DNA from: a virus
Taxonomy: Duplodnaviria > Caudoviricetes
Reading direction: 5' to 3' (one strand)
DNA length: 64,000 nucleotides
IMG/VR virus record: IMGVR_UViG_3300042885_001472
The position numbers and the translations under genes were made by a program. Below are positions 21,650 to 33,192 of this stretch, piece by piece (position 1 is the first letter of the stretch; every line of letters begins with the position of its first letter). The notes beneath the pieces were generated by a model. It did no database searches. It saw nothing but the letters and a program-made list of their open reading frames with translations, and had not been told where the DNA came from.

Positions 21650-24600
21650 TGGCGACAAAATATAAAGTAATTGGGAATAATTTTAATGAATCGTTAGTTG
21701 GATTACAATTCGCAGCTGAAAATGGAACACCCTTGTTTACCATAGGTAATTTTCAGTTAGAAACAACACTTACTGAAAAAGAGAATAAAACTTATAATAT
21801 AGGTGAGGCTTCTGATTATTATACTTTAACTGATTTAGGTGAAACAACTCAGGAAGATAATACATTAAGAAAAAATAAGACAAGATTAAATTTAAACCCA
21901 GATTATACAAATCCTAAAAGTTATTCGTATTTTGGTTCTATTAAAGAATATTTTAGGGTTAATGTTGAAGGTATTATACAACAATGGCCAGCGTCAATTT
22001 ATGTTGACAAAGTTTTTAATAATACAACCGGTAACACCGTAGAAAATTATACTTATAATCCAATATTAAAAAAATCTAATTTTAAAGTTAATAATAATTA
22101 CTTTAATAATACCTTTGATATTAAATATACTAGTCAATATACTACTAGTAGTAATCTTGATAATAAGTTAAGAAATTTAAATGTTGAATATGGTAGATAT
22201 ACAATTTTTTATGAAGGTATAGAATACCCTATTACAAATTTTACTGGATCAACATTATTCTCAAATGATTATGTTTATTTTGAGGTTGATGGGAATCCAT
22301 TTCCATTAGTTACAGGAACAACATTGTCGAGTAATTATCATATCAAACCTAATAGTGTTGAAGTAGAAACTTTCTTTTCATCATTATCAGATTTATCTTA
22401 TGAATTATTAAATAGGTATGTAGTACCGGTGAATACAATTAAGTTTACTTACATTAGTGAATCAACCGGTGGACCATTTGACGTTGTTGTTAATAGGGAA
22501 TACACTTGGCCAGTAGTTGATGGTTATAATATTGACATAACCACAACTTTATTTGATACCTATTTAACATCAATTTATGAGTTTTGTGATTATTTTGATG
22601 AGAATGACACTAACATTATGAATAGAATGTTGGTAGCTGATTCTATTAATAAGTTAAATACTATTAGAAGAGGTGATGGTAGTGAAGATGAGAATGACGC
22701 TGAAAAGGTATCTAAATTAATTAATATCTACGCTAGAGAATTTGATGAAGTAAAAAAATATATGGATGGGATTTCTACTATTAGAAATGTCACTTATAAT
22801 AAAAACGCTAATACACCGGATAGTTTAGTTAAAGATGTGGCTAAAACATTTGGTTGGGAATTATTAACACCAATGTCAGATGTTAATTTAATATCAAGTT
22901 TTATTCCAACTAAATCTGTATACTCTGGTTATACTATAAATTATTCAAAATATGATGCTGAAGTAGAATTTTGGAGAAGACTAATTATGAATACCACCCA
23001 CTTATGGAAAAGTAAGGGTAGTAGAAAAGCGATAGAATTTTTATTTCAATATATTGGATCACCAGAACAGTTAGTTAGTTTTAATGAATATGTCTATGTC
23101 GCTAAAAAACCACTTAATGTTGAATTATTTAAAGTAATTATAAAACAACTTACAGGTACTGATGATATTAGTATATATAATTTAGATGAAGAAGGTTTCC
23201 CTAAAATATTACCAGAAACTCCATACAATTATTACCAATCAAATGGTTTATGGTATAGAGAGACTAGTGGTAATAACGCGGGTATAGATATATTAGATGG
23301 TAATAATCCACATACTGGTCCGTATGACGCGGGTAAAAATTATTTAAACCAATTTAGGTCATTAATCGGATCATTTAGTTCTTATACACAAAATAATGGT
23401 TCTACAATTAGAATCACTAATGAGTATATTGAATTTAGTAATTTATTTAAAAACTATTCCAATGGATTAATTAATGATTATTCTGGACAAGTTTATTTAG
23501 AAGATTATAATGTGGATGGGAAACCAAATTTATGTTTTAGTGTTAGTGGTACAGTAATTACTGACCCTGACCCTCAGTATGTTTTAGGTATATGTGGTTG
23601 TCCAATTGGTGTTAGTGATCACGCTTTAATGTTAGGTTTCAAAAAAGAAACTACTTTAAAACCTTGTGTGGTACAAAGTACTGGTGAAACTGTATCAATG
23701 GGTAGATGTCAATTTGAATATCAAACAATAACTAATGAACCACCAATTATATTATTTTCTAGTACAACTAACTCATCGGTATCATTAGTGGCGAGGGAAT
23801 GTTGTACATCAACAGTGATACCATTAAAGGGTAATGTTCAAACATCACCACCAACATGGATTAGTGTTGGGGAGGGTTTGGGTTATTGTTATTGGGATAA
23901 AACTTGTGGCGAATTAACTATATACGCTGTTGATGATGATAATAAAATTATTTTTATTAATGGTAATGGTATTATTGGTACTACTAGTGCTGAGTTACAA
24001 CAAAATGAAGGTGGAATTTTTAATTGTTGTAGTTATTTTGGTGGTACTTATGACTCAAAATCTGATACTTGTAATTTAAGTATAGTAACAACTACTACTG
24101 ATAGTACTACCGGTGCGACATGTCAATTAAACATTATAAAAGATATTAATGATGATATAATTTTAAACACTGATGGCACAGTTTCTTTTACTGATGGTCA
24201 AGGTGGTATCGTAGCTGGTAATTTAGAATGTTGTAGATACAATAGTACAAATATAACACCACTAACTTTTTGTGGTGGAAATTGTTATTGGAGTAATCCA
24301 TCAAAAGATTGTGATTACTATAATGATATTAAAGTTACTCTCGGTGTTGACGGGTCTGATGGTATTTATATACTATCTGGTTCAAATGAAAATTGTTATT
24401 TTCAAGTTGAATTTGATATGTTAATAAATTTTGATTGTACAAATTTATTAAATTGTATTGGTAATAATAGTATATTGGAAAGTTTAAGTGCGTTTACGAT
24501 TGACGCTACCGTGGAGTCTGCCACTGGGACTACCCCAACCACATTACAAGTATTTCCAGCTTATCAGTTCAATATAGATAATAAACCAACCGGTATTTAT

Positions 24601-27456
24601 TTTACTGGACGAGAAAGTAATTGTAATAGTTTAAATAATCAAATACTAATAGAGTTAAGTGGTAATTGTGATACGGTTACTAGTGAAACATTTAGTGCTA
24701 AATGGGTTACGGTTAAATTTAATATAAATGATTATATTGTTGGACAAAAAATAAAATTAGGGTTTAATTTTAATAATGTACCTTGTGAATTTAATTTTTT
24801 AGTTGATAATATAAAGATAGATAGACTTTGTGTCGTTACCAATGAAGATATATTAAACTTAACAAATTCACCTGGATTTGATATCACAAGGATTGTAGAT
24901 AACAAAAAATCTTGGGATTATACAGAAACTATGGTTAAACGTACCGTAGATTATTTAGATTTTAGAGAAACGTCTTATTATGAAAAAGATAGTAGATTAT
25001 TACTTAATTCAAAAGAAGTTGACTTAACATTAGATGCGGCTCAAGCGATTGATAACGATGTGTTATGTTATATAAGAAAAAATGATTGTTTTTTTACCGG
25101 CAACACAGGTACAACAATTAGTGATCCTTACCTTAACGTATTTAAAACAGAAATTGATGTTATTGATGATGTTAATGAGTTTAAAAATTTTGTTTTAACA
25201 AGATTAATAGACCCAAAAAGTAGACAAGTAATTAGATCATACCCATTATTGAGATATCTTTTTGATAAGTATTTAAATCTTTGTGGTATGAATACTTGTG
25301 ATAATTTAGGTAATCAATATAATTACGATTCATTACAAAATTTTATTGATTTAATTGGTGATTATTGGATTAATTTGGTGGAACAATTAGTACCATCAAC
25401 AAGTATATGGAAAGGTGCTACTAGGTATTATAGAAATACGGTATTTGATCAACCAAAATATAAATATAAAAATTATTCTTTATCATTTGATTGTAACCCA
25501 GATTGTGAAACAATATCTAGTCCCGGTTATGATTGTCAATTAACAATACCTGAAAGTAGTTTTAATGGAATTGTTAAAAACATTTACGCGTTAAGTAGTC
25601 CTAAAACATATGAGAGTTTAATTTATACTTGTTGGGGTAATAGTTATGGTTATTCTACACCGAAGGGTGAAGTAGCTGTAGCAGTCCCCGCTATTAGAGG
25701 TAGATATGGTTATAATGATATAACCGATGAACCAATATTATTAACCCCAGATCAATATGGTGTGATTGACGCTAGTTATGCTAGTGGAGTTGGAATTACT
25801 ACTAGACCCATTAAATTTGTTAAAAGTCAATATGAGGGTGGTGGATTGTATTATACATTACCTGATCCAATCCTTAGTTGTCTAAGTACTAGTGGTAAGA
25901 CATTAGACCTTGGGACAATAAGTGTTACCGGAGTAATTGATGATGGACTTTCTGGTATAACTATATTTAATGAATTAGTTCTTACTGGTCAAACTATAAA
26001 TGAACTAACTAATGTTGATTATAATGACATTTATAATTCAATGATAAATGGATTCACTAATATTGGGTATACTATTACATATAGTGGTACTAGTTTAATT
26101 GTAACATCTAATAATGATAATGATTGTGGTAAAGATTTAAGTATTAATGTGTGTATTGATATTGATCTTTCATGTACATCTGGTGGTACTGATCCATCAT
26201 GTGTACCTTACACATATATTGATACTATTAATTTTGATCCTAAATTACCACCAAAGTATGGTGCTTATTCACCTGTAAATAATTGTACATATGTAATATC
26301 AGATAACGCTTTAACTATTATAAGTGGTGGGACTAATGTCGGTATAATTAGTAGTGTGTTTAGTACTACTATTATGGCTGATATTATATATTGTCCAACT
26401 AATGATTCAGTCTATGTTTTAGAAACGTCACCGGCTTTTAAAGTTAGTGTAACGGATTGTACAACGAATACGATAACAAGTGTAATATCATTATCACCTA
26501 ATTCGCCAGTGAGTAATATTATTTCTAATAGAATGGTTTATAATTCAACTGATAATTTAATTTTTGTTAGTCATTATTCTGGTGTCTTAACCATTGATTG
26601 TAACACAAATACTATTGTTAATGTTATCAATAAAACTACAATACCTTATAAGGGTTTTCAAATGACACATAATACATTAAATAACACCATTTATATTTCT
26701 AATGGTCTTGGTGGTATTGATACTGTATTTGGTACTACTTATACTGAAAATGTAATATTAGTACCAAATAATAATGGGGGTGTTGGGTATAATCCAACAA
26801 ATAATCTATTGTATAGTACTTCCGTAAGTTTAGGTAACCCAATCACAATCATAGATGGTACTACAAATTCAATCTTAAATACTATTTATCCTACCGGTAC
26901 TACCACTTACTCTGAAACTCTTTATAATCCTTTAAATGATGATATGGTGTTTGTGGGTTACAAGAGTATAAATTATTCAGTTTTATCAACATCAAATGTA
27001 TTAGAGGTTAAAACTTTAATAAATAATTATAATCCTTTAGGTACTCAGTTAACTAGTTTTGTTTACAATAGTACTGATGAAGTTTTATATGGTATATTAA
27101 AAGATAGAACTGTACCGTCTGTAGAAATTATATGTTTAGGTGGTGTTAGTTCAACTGGTGGGACTATTGATACAATCACAACTAGTTGTATTAAATGTAT
27201 CCCTTTATTGGAATTAACTTTTGAACAGATTAATGTTTCCGGTACACCTATTTTTGATTGTAATAAATGTGTTGGTTACCAAGATAGTGGTGTTGAAATT
27301 ATTATTGAACCACTAACAATACCATATGGTACTGGTGTAACAACCACAAGTTGTATTGAAGTAAATAATTCAACAACATGTTCAAACATATACATTAAAA
27401 GTATCAATGATGATGTCACTTTTAGTGGAAAATATAACAACATATTTATAAGATAA
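21649..27456 (+). CDS. Large baseplate/tail protein with P2 gpI/T4 gp7-like motif, Cys-rich modules and a C-terminal YVTN-like beta-propeller
   Basis: 1935 aa; LWKSKGSRKAIEFLFQYIG; repeats MVYNSTDNLIFVS, VGYNPTNNLLYST, LYNPLNDDMVFVG, FVYNSTDEVLYG. Confidence 0.65.
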   Translation: MATKYKVIGNNFNESLVGLQFAAENGTPLFTIGNFQLETTLTEKENKTYNIGEASDYYTLTDLGETTQEDNTLRKNKTRLNLNPDYTNPKSYSYFGSIKEYFRVNVEGIIQQWPASIYVDKVFNNTTGNTVENYTYNPILKKSNFKVNNNYFNNTFDIKYTSQYTTSSNLDNKLRNLNVEYGRYTIFYEGIEYPITNFTGSTLFSNDYVYFEVDGNPFPLVTGTTLSSNYHIKPNSVEVETFFSSLSDLSYELLNRYVVPVNTIKFTYISESTGGPFDVVVNREYTWPVVDGYNIDITTTLFDTYLTSIYEFCDYFDENDTNIMNRMLVADSINKLNTIRRGDGSEDENDAEKVSKLINIYAREFDEVKKYMDGISTIRNVTYNKNANTPDSLVKDVAKTFGWELLTPMSDVNLISSFIPTKSVYSGYTINYSKYDAEVEFWRRLIMNTTHLWKSKGSRKAIEFLFQYIGSPEQLVSFNEYVYVAKKPLNVELFKVIIKQLTGTDDISIYNLDEEGFPKILPETPYNYYQSNGLWYRETSGNNAGIDILDGNNPHTGPYDAGKNYLNQFRSLIGSFSSYTQNNGSTIRITNEYIEFSNLFKNYSNGLINDYSGQVYLEDYNVDGKPNLCFSVSGTVITDPDPQYVLGICGCPIGVSDHALMLGFKKETTLKPCVVQSTGETVSMGRCQFEYQTITNEPPIILFSSTTNSSVSLVARECCTSTVIPLKGNVQTSPPTWISVGEGLGYCYWDKTCGELTIYAVDDDNKIIFINGNGIIGTTSAELQQNEGGIFNCCSYFGGTYDSKSDTCNLSIVTTTTDSTTGATCQLNIIKDINDDIILNTDGTVSFTDGQGGIVAGNLECCRYNSTNITPLTFCGGNCYWSNPSKDCDYYNDIKVTLGVDGSDGIYILSGSNENCYFQVEFDMLINFDCTNLLNCIGNNSILESLSAFTIDATVESATGTTPTTLQVFPAYQFNIDNKPTGIYFTGRESNCNSLNNQILIELSGNCDTVTSETFSAKWVTVKFNINDYIVGQKIKLGFNFNNVPCEFNFLVDNIKIDRLCVVTNEDILNLTNSPGFDITRIVDNKKSWDYTETMVKRTVDYLDFRETSYYEKDSRLLLNSKEVDLTLDAAQAIDNDVLCYIRKNDCFFTGNTGTTISDPYLNVFKTEIDVIDDVNEFKNFVLTRLIDPKSRQVIRSYPLLRYLFDKYLNLCGMNTCDNLGNQYNYDSLQNFIDLIGDYWINLVEQLVPSTSIWKGATRYYRNTVFDQPKYKYKNYSLSFDCNPDCETISSPGYDCQLTIPESSFNGIVKNIYALSSPKTYESLIYTCWGNSYGYSTPKGEVAVAVPAIRGRYGYNDITDEPILLTPDQYGVIDASYASGVGITTRPIKFVKSQYEGGGLYYTLPDPILSCLSTSGKTLDLGTISVTGVIDDGLSGITIFNELVLTGQTINELTNVDYNDIYNSMINGFTNIGYTITYSGTSLIVTSNNDNDCGKDLSINVCIDIDLSCTSGGTDPSCVPYTYIDTINFDPKLPPKYGAYSPVNNCTYVISDNALTIISGGTNVGIISSVFSTTIMADIIYCPTNDSVYVLETSPAFKVSVTDCTTNTITSVISLSPNSPVSNIISNRMVYNSTDNLIFVSHYSGVLTIDCNTNTIVNVINKTTIPYKGFQMTHNTLNNTIYISNGLGGIDTVFGTTYTENVILVPNNNGGVGYNPTNNLLYSTSVSLGNPITIIDGTTNSILNTIYPTGTTTYSETLYNPLNDDMVFVGYKSINYSVLSTSNVLEVKTLINNYNPLGTQLTSFVYNSTDEVLYGILKDRTVPSVEIICLGGVSSTGGTIDTITTSCIKCIPLLELTFEQINVSGTPIFDCNKCVGYQDSGVEIIIEPLTIPYGTGVTTTSCIEVNNSTTCSNIYIKSINDDVTFSGKYNNIFIR

Positions 27457-27458
27457 CA

Positions 27459-29126
27459 ATGCAATTATTAGATACAAGTACAAATACAATATTTCCTTAT
27501 ATAACATCCACTGAATTTATAGATGTTAAAACATTGTTTGCTGATGGTTCTTGGATTAGTCTACCTAATTATAATGCTAGTTGGGTAGATTTTGGTAATA
27601 TACTTGATACTGAAGAAATGGTGTTACCACCTTATTTTGGTTCTGTTTTTACTAACAAAATTACTTATGATTTTACTACCGAATCATCTAATGTACAATA
27701 TAATGAGGAATTAACTTTTGATGTTAGACCTAACAATGTGGAAAATAATGTAAAAATTATGAGATCTGCCTATTGTTTATTTGAGTCACCATATTATGAT
27801 GTTAGTAGAGTTGGTAAGGTAATGACCGGTTTAACTAGTGGTAGTACTGGGATATTATTAACAGGTAATTTAGGTGGTGAAGAACCACTTACATTTACTT
27901 TTTCCGGTAGTGTTAGTTACATTAGTGGGACTAGTGCTAATTTTGATTATAATGTTTATAAATATTATCCGAGTTATTATAACTTTTTAAAACCAGAGGT
28001 TATTAGAAATAGTGTTGATTATACTGTGTATGAAAATAGTCTTTTCTTTTATGTTAATTTAGATTTAACAAATTATGTTGATAATGAATTTTTAATTAAA
28101 GGTGGTTACACATTCTCTAATTGTACTCCTGGTGCGAAATTATTAGGTCTTAAAACATCTACAATGTCTATTAATCCGTTAATTAATTATGCGGAATATG
28201 ATTCAAAACAAGATTGGTATTTCGCCTATATTTTATCCGCGTTAACACCAGAGGTTAAAAGTGTGGTTAGTTTAGGTCAACCAAATGGTGTTTTTAAAGT
28301 AGAGTCATTGATACCTCAAACATTAACTAATGTGTATTACCCAACAGCTTCAGCTTCAGGGTATTATTTAGTTCATATTAATGGGGTTGCTTTAGAAAGG
28401 GGTGTTGAATATACATCTAGTTTAGATAGTTTCACGTTATTAGTTTCGATTTTAAGTACTGATGTATTAACAGTGGCTTATGTTGCTGACAATCTTAATG
28501 GTACTGCCGCGTTAGTATCAAGTGAAAGTTATTTAGTACCAAGTACAATACCAAATGGGACAACTATCTCTGTTGGACAAAAGATGTTATATAATACATC
28601 CACCAATAAATATGAATATTGGTTAGATAGTGAAGCCAGTAATAATGTAATTTTTTTAGTGAATGGTATTCAACAGTCAAGTGGTGAATATATTGTTTCA
28701 AGTAGTAATAAAAGGAGAGTTATCTTATTTTTTACACCAACATTTAATGATATAATAGAAGTATTTTATGGTGCGGTAGTACCTAGAGTTCAAGGTATTG
28801 GTGGTAACACTGTTGAGGCGGTATTTACGATATCAATACCTCCATCAAAAATTAATGGTTATTTTACCGTTAATTTCTATGATGTTACAGATATAACTTT
28901 ATCAACACCTTTATTTAGTGAAACTATTGATTATATTATAGGTCAGGGTAGTTATAAAACAAATATTTTAATACCAACAACTTATAGTATTGGTCAACAA
29001 TTTTTGTGGAGAGTAACTAATACTAAAAATTTTAAATTAGAGGTTACAGGTGATATCATAACAACTGTAGCTAATAGTGAAGTATATAACGCAACATTAA
29101 CAAGTAATCAAAATAATAATTACTAA
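27459..29126 (+). CDS. Putative tail/virion protein with Ig-like repeats
   Basis: Repeated VHING..LERGVEY / FLVNG.QQSSGEY motifs typical of beta-sandwich tail repeats. Confidence 0.55.
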   Translation: MQLLDTSTNTIFPYITSTEFIDVKTLFADGSWISLPNYNASWVDFGNILDTEEMVLPPYFGSVFTNKITYDFTTESSNVQYNEELTFDVRPNNVENNVKIMRSAYCLFESPYYDVSRVGKVMTGLTSGSTGILLTGNLGGEEPLTFTFSGSVSYISGTSANFDYNVYKYYPSYYNFLKPEVIRNSVDYTVYENSLFFYVNLDLTNYVDNEFLIKGGYTFSNCTPGAKLLGLKTSTMSINPLINYAEYDSKQDWYFAYILSALTPEVKSVVSLGQPNGVFKVESLIPQTLTNVYYPTASASGYYLVHINGVALERGVEYTSSLDSFTLLVSILSTDVLTVAYVADNLNGTAALVSSESYLVPSTIPNGTTISVGQKMLYNTSTNKYEYWLDSEASNNVIFLVNGIQQSSGEYIVSSSNKRRVILFFTPTFNDIIEVFYGAVVPRVQGIGGNTVEAVFTISIPPSKINGYFTVNFYDVTDITLSTPLFSETIDYIIGQGSYKTNILIPTTYSIGQQFLWRVTNTKNFKLEVTGDIITTVANSEVYNATLTSNQNNNY

Positions 29127-29166
29127 AAGTAAAATAATAATATTTATATAATAAAAAAACATAGAA

Positions 29167-31260
29167 ATGAGTTATATTTTAAAACAAAATGATCCAATGA
29201 TTAATGTAAAACTTACCGAAACTGGTAGGAAAAAATTGGCATCTGGACTATTAAACTTCGCTAGTTGGGGTGTAGGTGATTCTGAGATCGATTATGGGTA
29301 TATGTCACCTAATACACCTGGGGTTGACGCTAAAATCCTTAGACCTAAAGATAGAAATCCTAATATAAAAACATTCCTAAAAAATTCTAATGGAACTTTT
29401 TTACAAACAGTAACGCCAGCTGTATTAAATTTACTATCATTGACAGTAAATAATGCTGCTGATGAGAGAGGGTTTTTTAATTCAACTAGTGGTGTGACTA
29501 CCGGTTGGACTGTGATGACATCTACAACCTATGTGAATAGTACTGGATTTTTAGATATTTCATCATTTACTGGTGGTACTACTATTGATTTAGGTATTAC
29601 TGGGTTAACTAATTGTGACTTAATTGAATTTGTGTTTACAAATCCGGTTTTAGGTCAATTAACACCTAATGTCACTAATGAAGCGACACCTTGGTTATGG
29701 TATAAAGTACAAGGTCAAACTGGAACTACAATAGAAGTTGATAGAACATTACCTAACATCCCAGCTCAATATACTGGTTCGACAGGTATTAATGTACAAT
29801 ATTTTACTTACAATAATTGTAATAATAATAATGGTTGTTACACATCTGGTTGTACTTCAGCGTATTGGAATACCGGTACTTTAGAGTTTAATAGTAGTTG
29901 TGATATTTCCATTACAGATGTACCATTTTGGTGTCAAAATAATGTGTGGTGTGAGGAATTAGCTGGATTGAGTGCTACAACATATCAAGGATATGAATTA
30001 TTTGGTTCAATGGATTATATTGGACAAAAACAATATTTAGGATATACATGTGAATGTACACCAAGTGGAACTTCAATTAACCTTTGTGCTGATCAAAAAT
30101 CTTTTGATGATGACGTAGTAAAAGCGATTGCGATTACACATTACACTAATAATACAATTTCAAATTTTTATGGTGAATTTTTCTATATTGATACATTAAC
30201 TAATAAATTATTACAAGTTGATTATCCTACAGTGATGTGGGATAGAAGATCAGGATTTTCCGGATCAACAACTGGTACTTATATGGGTATGTCATTCGTT
30301 TCAAGTGGAGATGTTAAAACCGTAGGATTAAGTTCAATAGAATATTATGATTTGATGGAACATCCAGATATGACTATTGATCCATCAAATCCATTAGTTG
30401 TGGGTAGAGTTTATCCTCAATTAAAAATATTTACTATTCACGATGAAGAGTTGTTAGCGGCTTTGAGTTATAAATCAAATAGGAATTGGACATTACCAAA
30501 ACTAAACGCGACACTTTCTAACCCAGCGACTGGTACTAATACTGGTGTTTTACCACCAAACAGTACTATGTTTTTAACTTATCAATTAGATACTGATAGT
30601 GGTTTTACATCAACATTACCTTGTCAAAAATATGTTAAAATTATTAACACAACAAGTAGTAGTAAAGATGTACAATTTAGTATAGAAAATTTAGGTTTAT
30701 TACCTTATATGAGACAAGTTGAATCTAGTACTTATGATGGTAGAGGGTTTTACGCTCATAACTTTAATTTACTTTCACAAATAGTTAGTGATACAGATTG
30801 TAGACCTTTACCAACAGAATGGAGACAAGTTACCTGGGGTGGTTTATCTGGACAAACAATTGACCCATTAACATTGGAAGATCAAAATCCAATTATAAAT
30901 GATTTCATATTAACAAATGTGAGATATACTGGTGCGTCTATTTTTGATTTATCTTATTTAGGTTTACCAACTATAGCTCAATCAGATGTTTTAAATTTTG
31001 GTGATGAAAGATTTATGTATGGTAATATAAACACTTGGATTGGGGCTAGAATATTTAAAACAATTTTTAATATGACAGTTGATGGTAATTATTATACAAC
31101 TACTGATAACCCAACTAAAGATACCGCTACAACTTTATACTTTAATGAAGTCGCTATCTACGATAATGTAGGTGACTTAGTAATCATAGGTAAATTTAGT
31201 ACACCAATAAAATTAGCACCAGGGTTAACCGTGGGTGTGGAATTAACATTAGACTTTTAA
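29167..31260 (+). CDS. Tail-collar/fibre-attachment-like structural protein
   Basis: N-terminal KLTETGRKKLASG...GVGDSEIDY and C-terminal FNEVAIYDNVGDLVIIGKFSTPIKL..ELTLDF, resembling tail-collar fibre folds. Confidence 0.55.
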   Translation: MSYILKQNDPMINVKLTETGRKKLASGLLNFASWGVGDSEIDYGYMSPNTPGVDAKILRPKDRNPNIKTFLKNSNGTFLQTVTPAVLNLLSLTVNNAADERGFFNSTSGVTTGWTVMTSTTYVNSTGFLDISSFTGGTTIDLGITGLTNCDLIEFVFTNPVLGQLTPNVTNEATPWLWYKVQGQTGTTIEVDRTLPNIPAQYTGSTGINVQYFTYNNCNNNNGCYTSGCTSAYWNTGTLEFNSSCDISITDVPFWCQNNVWCEELAGLSATTYQGYELFGSMDYIGQKQYLGYTCECTPSGTSINLCADQKSFDDDVVKAIAITHYTNNTISNFYGEFFYIDTLTNKLLQVDYPTVMWDRRSGFSGSTTGTYMGMSFVSSGDVKTVGLSSIEYYDLMEHPDMTIDPSNPLVVGRVYPQLKIFTIHDEELLAALSYKSNRNWTLPKLNATLSNPATGTNTGVLPPNSTMFLTYQLDTDSGFTSTLPCQKYVKIINTTSSSKDVQFSIENLGLLPYMRQVESSTYDGRGFYAHNFNLLSQIVSDTDCRPLPTEWRQVTWGGLSGQTIDPLTLEDQNPIINDFILTNVRYTGASIFDLSYLGLPTIAQSDVLNFGDERFMYGNINTWIGARIFKTIFNMTVDGNYYTTTDNPTKDTATTLYFNEVAIYDNVGDLVIIGKFSTPIKLAPGLTVGVELTLDF

Positions 31261-31271
31261 AAACTTAAAAA

Positions 31272-32483
31272 ATGGCTTTTCAAAATAATTTAATACCCTT
31301 TCAAGTAGATTTCTACCCAACAACAGTTGGGGCTACAACACTTTTAAATGGTGGTATATCAAAATTTAAATATTATTCGTTATGTGATAGATACGCTTTT
31401 TATCCGTCAGATGAAAGTCAATTTGTACCTTCATTAGTTGGTTCAGCGTCATTTGATGGCTTTACCCAGACAATTATACCTAATGAATTAATGAATAGTT
31501 CTATCAATCAAGTTCCGGTATCAAGTGGTACTAACTTTAAAGATGAATTGTTTTTAGTTGGAGATGGTAAATTAAATACTAGTAAAATTAGTAGTGGATT
31601 TTTAAATTATAATAGTGCGTTAGTTGATTATAATTTAATTAGTACGACAGCCACAACTAATAGTTTTTTAGGTGTTCTTAATGGATTTGGTTTTCCATTA
31701 ACATCAACTGTTGCCAATAAATGGAATTTTACACCATCTCAAGGTGGGTATAAAGATTCAGCTGTTAGTGGTATGAATACAAGTAATTATTTAATGTTAT
31801 CGGTAAATAAAGATTTTTGTGCGATAGCCAATGGTAATACTGTTAAAATTGAAATACCGGTTAATAGTGGTAGTGGTGACACTTTAGTACAAATGTACGG
31901 AAGTCAAACTAATACTGGTTTAAATTTAAGTAGTTATGATTTAAATGACTGGGATAATTCACCAGAAATGTTATCATTATTTAATAATAATAAAGCGATT
32001 TTATTATTTAGTCCACAAATTAATGTGGCACAAAATGGTGTTGGTTGGGATACTGGTTACATATCAAGTATGTTATCACCATATAGTTCTTCTAACAAAC
32101 CTTTGGCTACATATTATAACCCAAGTAATATTACTTACCCAGCTTCTAATTCTGTTGGTGTGTATTTTGTTGGATCAAATATTGCGGTTATTTGGGAACC
32201 TAGTTTTGTTAATGGTTTTGACTTAGCTACGGGTAAGACTAATAGGAATATTACATTAGAAAATAAAGTTTTAAAAAATTATTTTTCATTTAACAGTTTA
32301 ATTACTGTAAATAAGTTTTATAATAGTTTAAATGGAAGTTTTAGTTCAAATTATAAAGTTAGATTAGATACTATGTTAGTTTGGGATGATGCGAATAATT
32401 TGTTAGGGGTTGGTGTTTATAATAAACCATTATTACATGGGGCTGGAGATCAATTCATCACACAAGTTAATTTATACATTTAA
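31272..32483 (+). CDS. Structural protein, distant paralogue of the preceding ORF
   Basis: C-terminal DTMLVWDDANNLLGVGVYNKPLL..FITQVNLYI parallels the C-terminus of 29167..31260. Confidence 0.5.
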   Translation: MAFQNNLIPFQVDFYPTTVGATTLLNGGISKFKYYSLCDRYAFYPSDESQFVPSLVGSASFDGFTQTIIPNELMNSSINQVPVSSGTNFKDELFLVGDGKLNTSKISSGFLNYNSALVDYNLISTTATTNSFLGVLNGFGFPLTSTVANKWNFTPSQGGYKDSAVSGMNTSNYLMLSVNKDFCAIANGNTVKIEIPVNSGSGDTLVQMYGSQTNTGLNLSSYDLNDWDNSPEMLSLFNNNKAILLFSPQINVAQNGVGWDTGYISSMLSPYSSSNKPLATYYNPSNITYPASNSVGVYFVGSNIAVIWEPSFVNGFDLATGKTNRNITLENKVLKNYFSFNSLITVNKFYNSLNGSFSSNYKVRLDTMLVWDDANNLLGVGVYNKPLLHGAGDQFITQVNLYI

Positions 32484-32509
32484 AATTAAATAAAAATAAA
32501 AAGTTACAT

Positions 32510-33151
32510 ATGAGTGAAGGTAAAACGAGTAAAAGAATATTAGGTTTAGATGTATCAACAACTACAATTGGTGTTGCGTTATTTGACTGGAGTGGTAAAT
32601 TATTAGAATTAACCCATATCACACCTAAAATTAAAAATAAAGAAAAGTTATCAGACATTGAAGTCTTAATTAAGAAAGTTCAAGTTTTTGAAGAAGAATT
32701 TCTTGAAAAATACGCTGATGAAGATATTGAGAAAGTTATTATAGAAGAACCTTTATTGGGTTCTAATAATGTGTACACAATTGCCACATTAATTAGATTT
32801 AATGGTATGATTAGTAGATCTGTTTATGAAACATTAAACGTTGTCCCAGAGTTCATTTCATCTTACGACTCAAGAAAATACGCTTTCCCTGAGTTAGTTG
32901 AAAAAAGAACTGTCAATAAAAAGGGTATCAGTTATACTGAGAAAGAAGTTGAAAAGGCTAAACCAGTACTATTTGGGGCTTACCCATTTGAAATTGATAA
33001 AAAGATGGTTATATGGGAAAAGGTTGCTCAATTAGAACCACAAATTGTTTGGTTTTATGATAAAAATCATAAACTAAAGAAAGAAAATTTTGATATGACA
33101 GACGCTTTCGCTTGTGTAAGAGGTGCTATGAAAAAACAAGGTATTTGGTAA
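32510..33151 (+). CDS. ruvC: RuvC-like Holliday junction resolvase
   Basis: ILGLDVSTTTIGVA, VIIEEP, DMTDAFAC acidic catalytic pattern. Confidence 0.8.
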   Translation: MSEGKTSKRILGLDVSTTTIGVALFDWSGKLLELTHITPKIKNKEKLSDIEVLIKKVQVFEEEFLEKYADEDIEKVIIEEPLLGSNNVYTIATLIRFNGMISRSVYETLNVVPEFISSYDSRKYAFPELVEKRTVNKKGISYTEKEVEKAKPVLFGAYPFEIDKKMVIWEKVAQLEPQIVWFYDKNHKLKKENFDMTDAFACVRGAMKKQGIW

Positions 33152-33192
33152 TAAATTTTCCTTTCTAATTTTTTTTTACTATAATTGTATCT

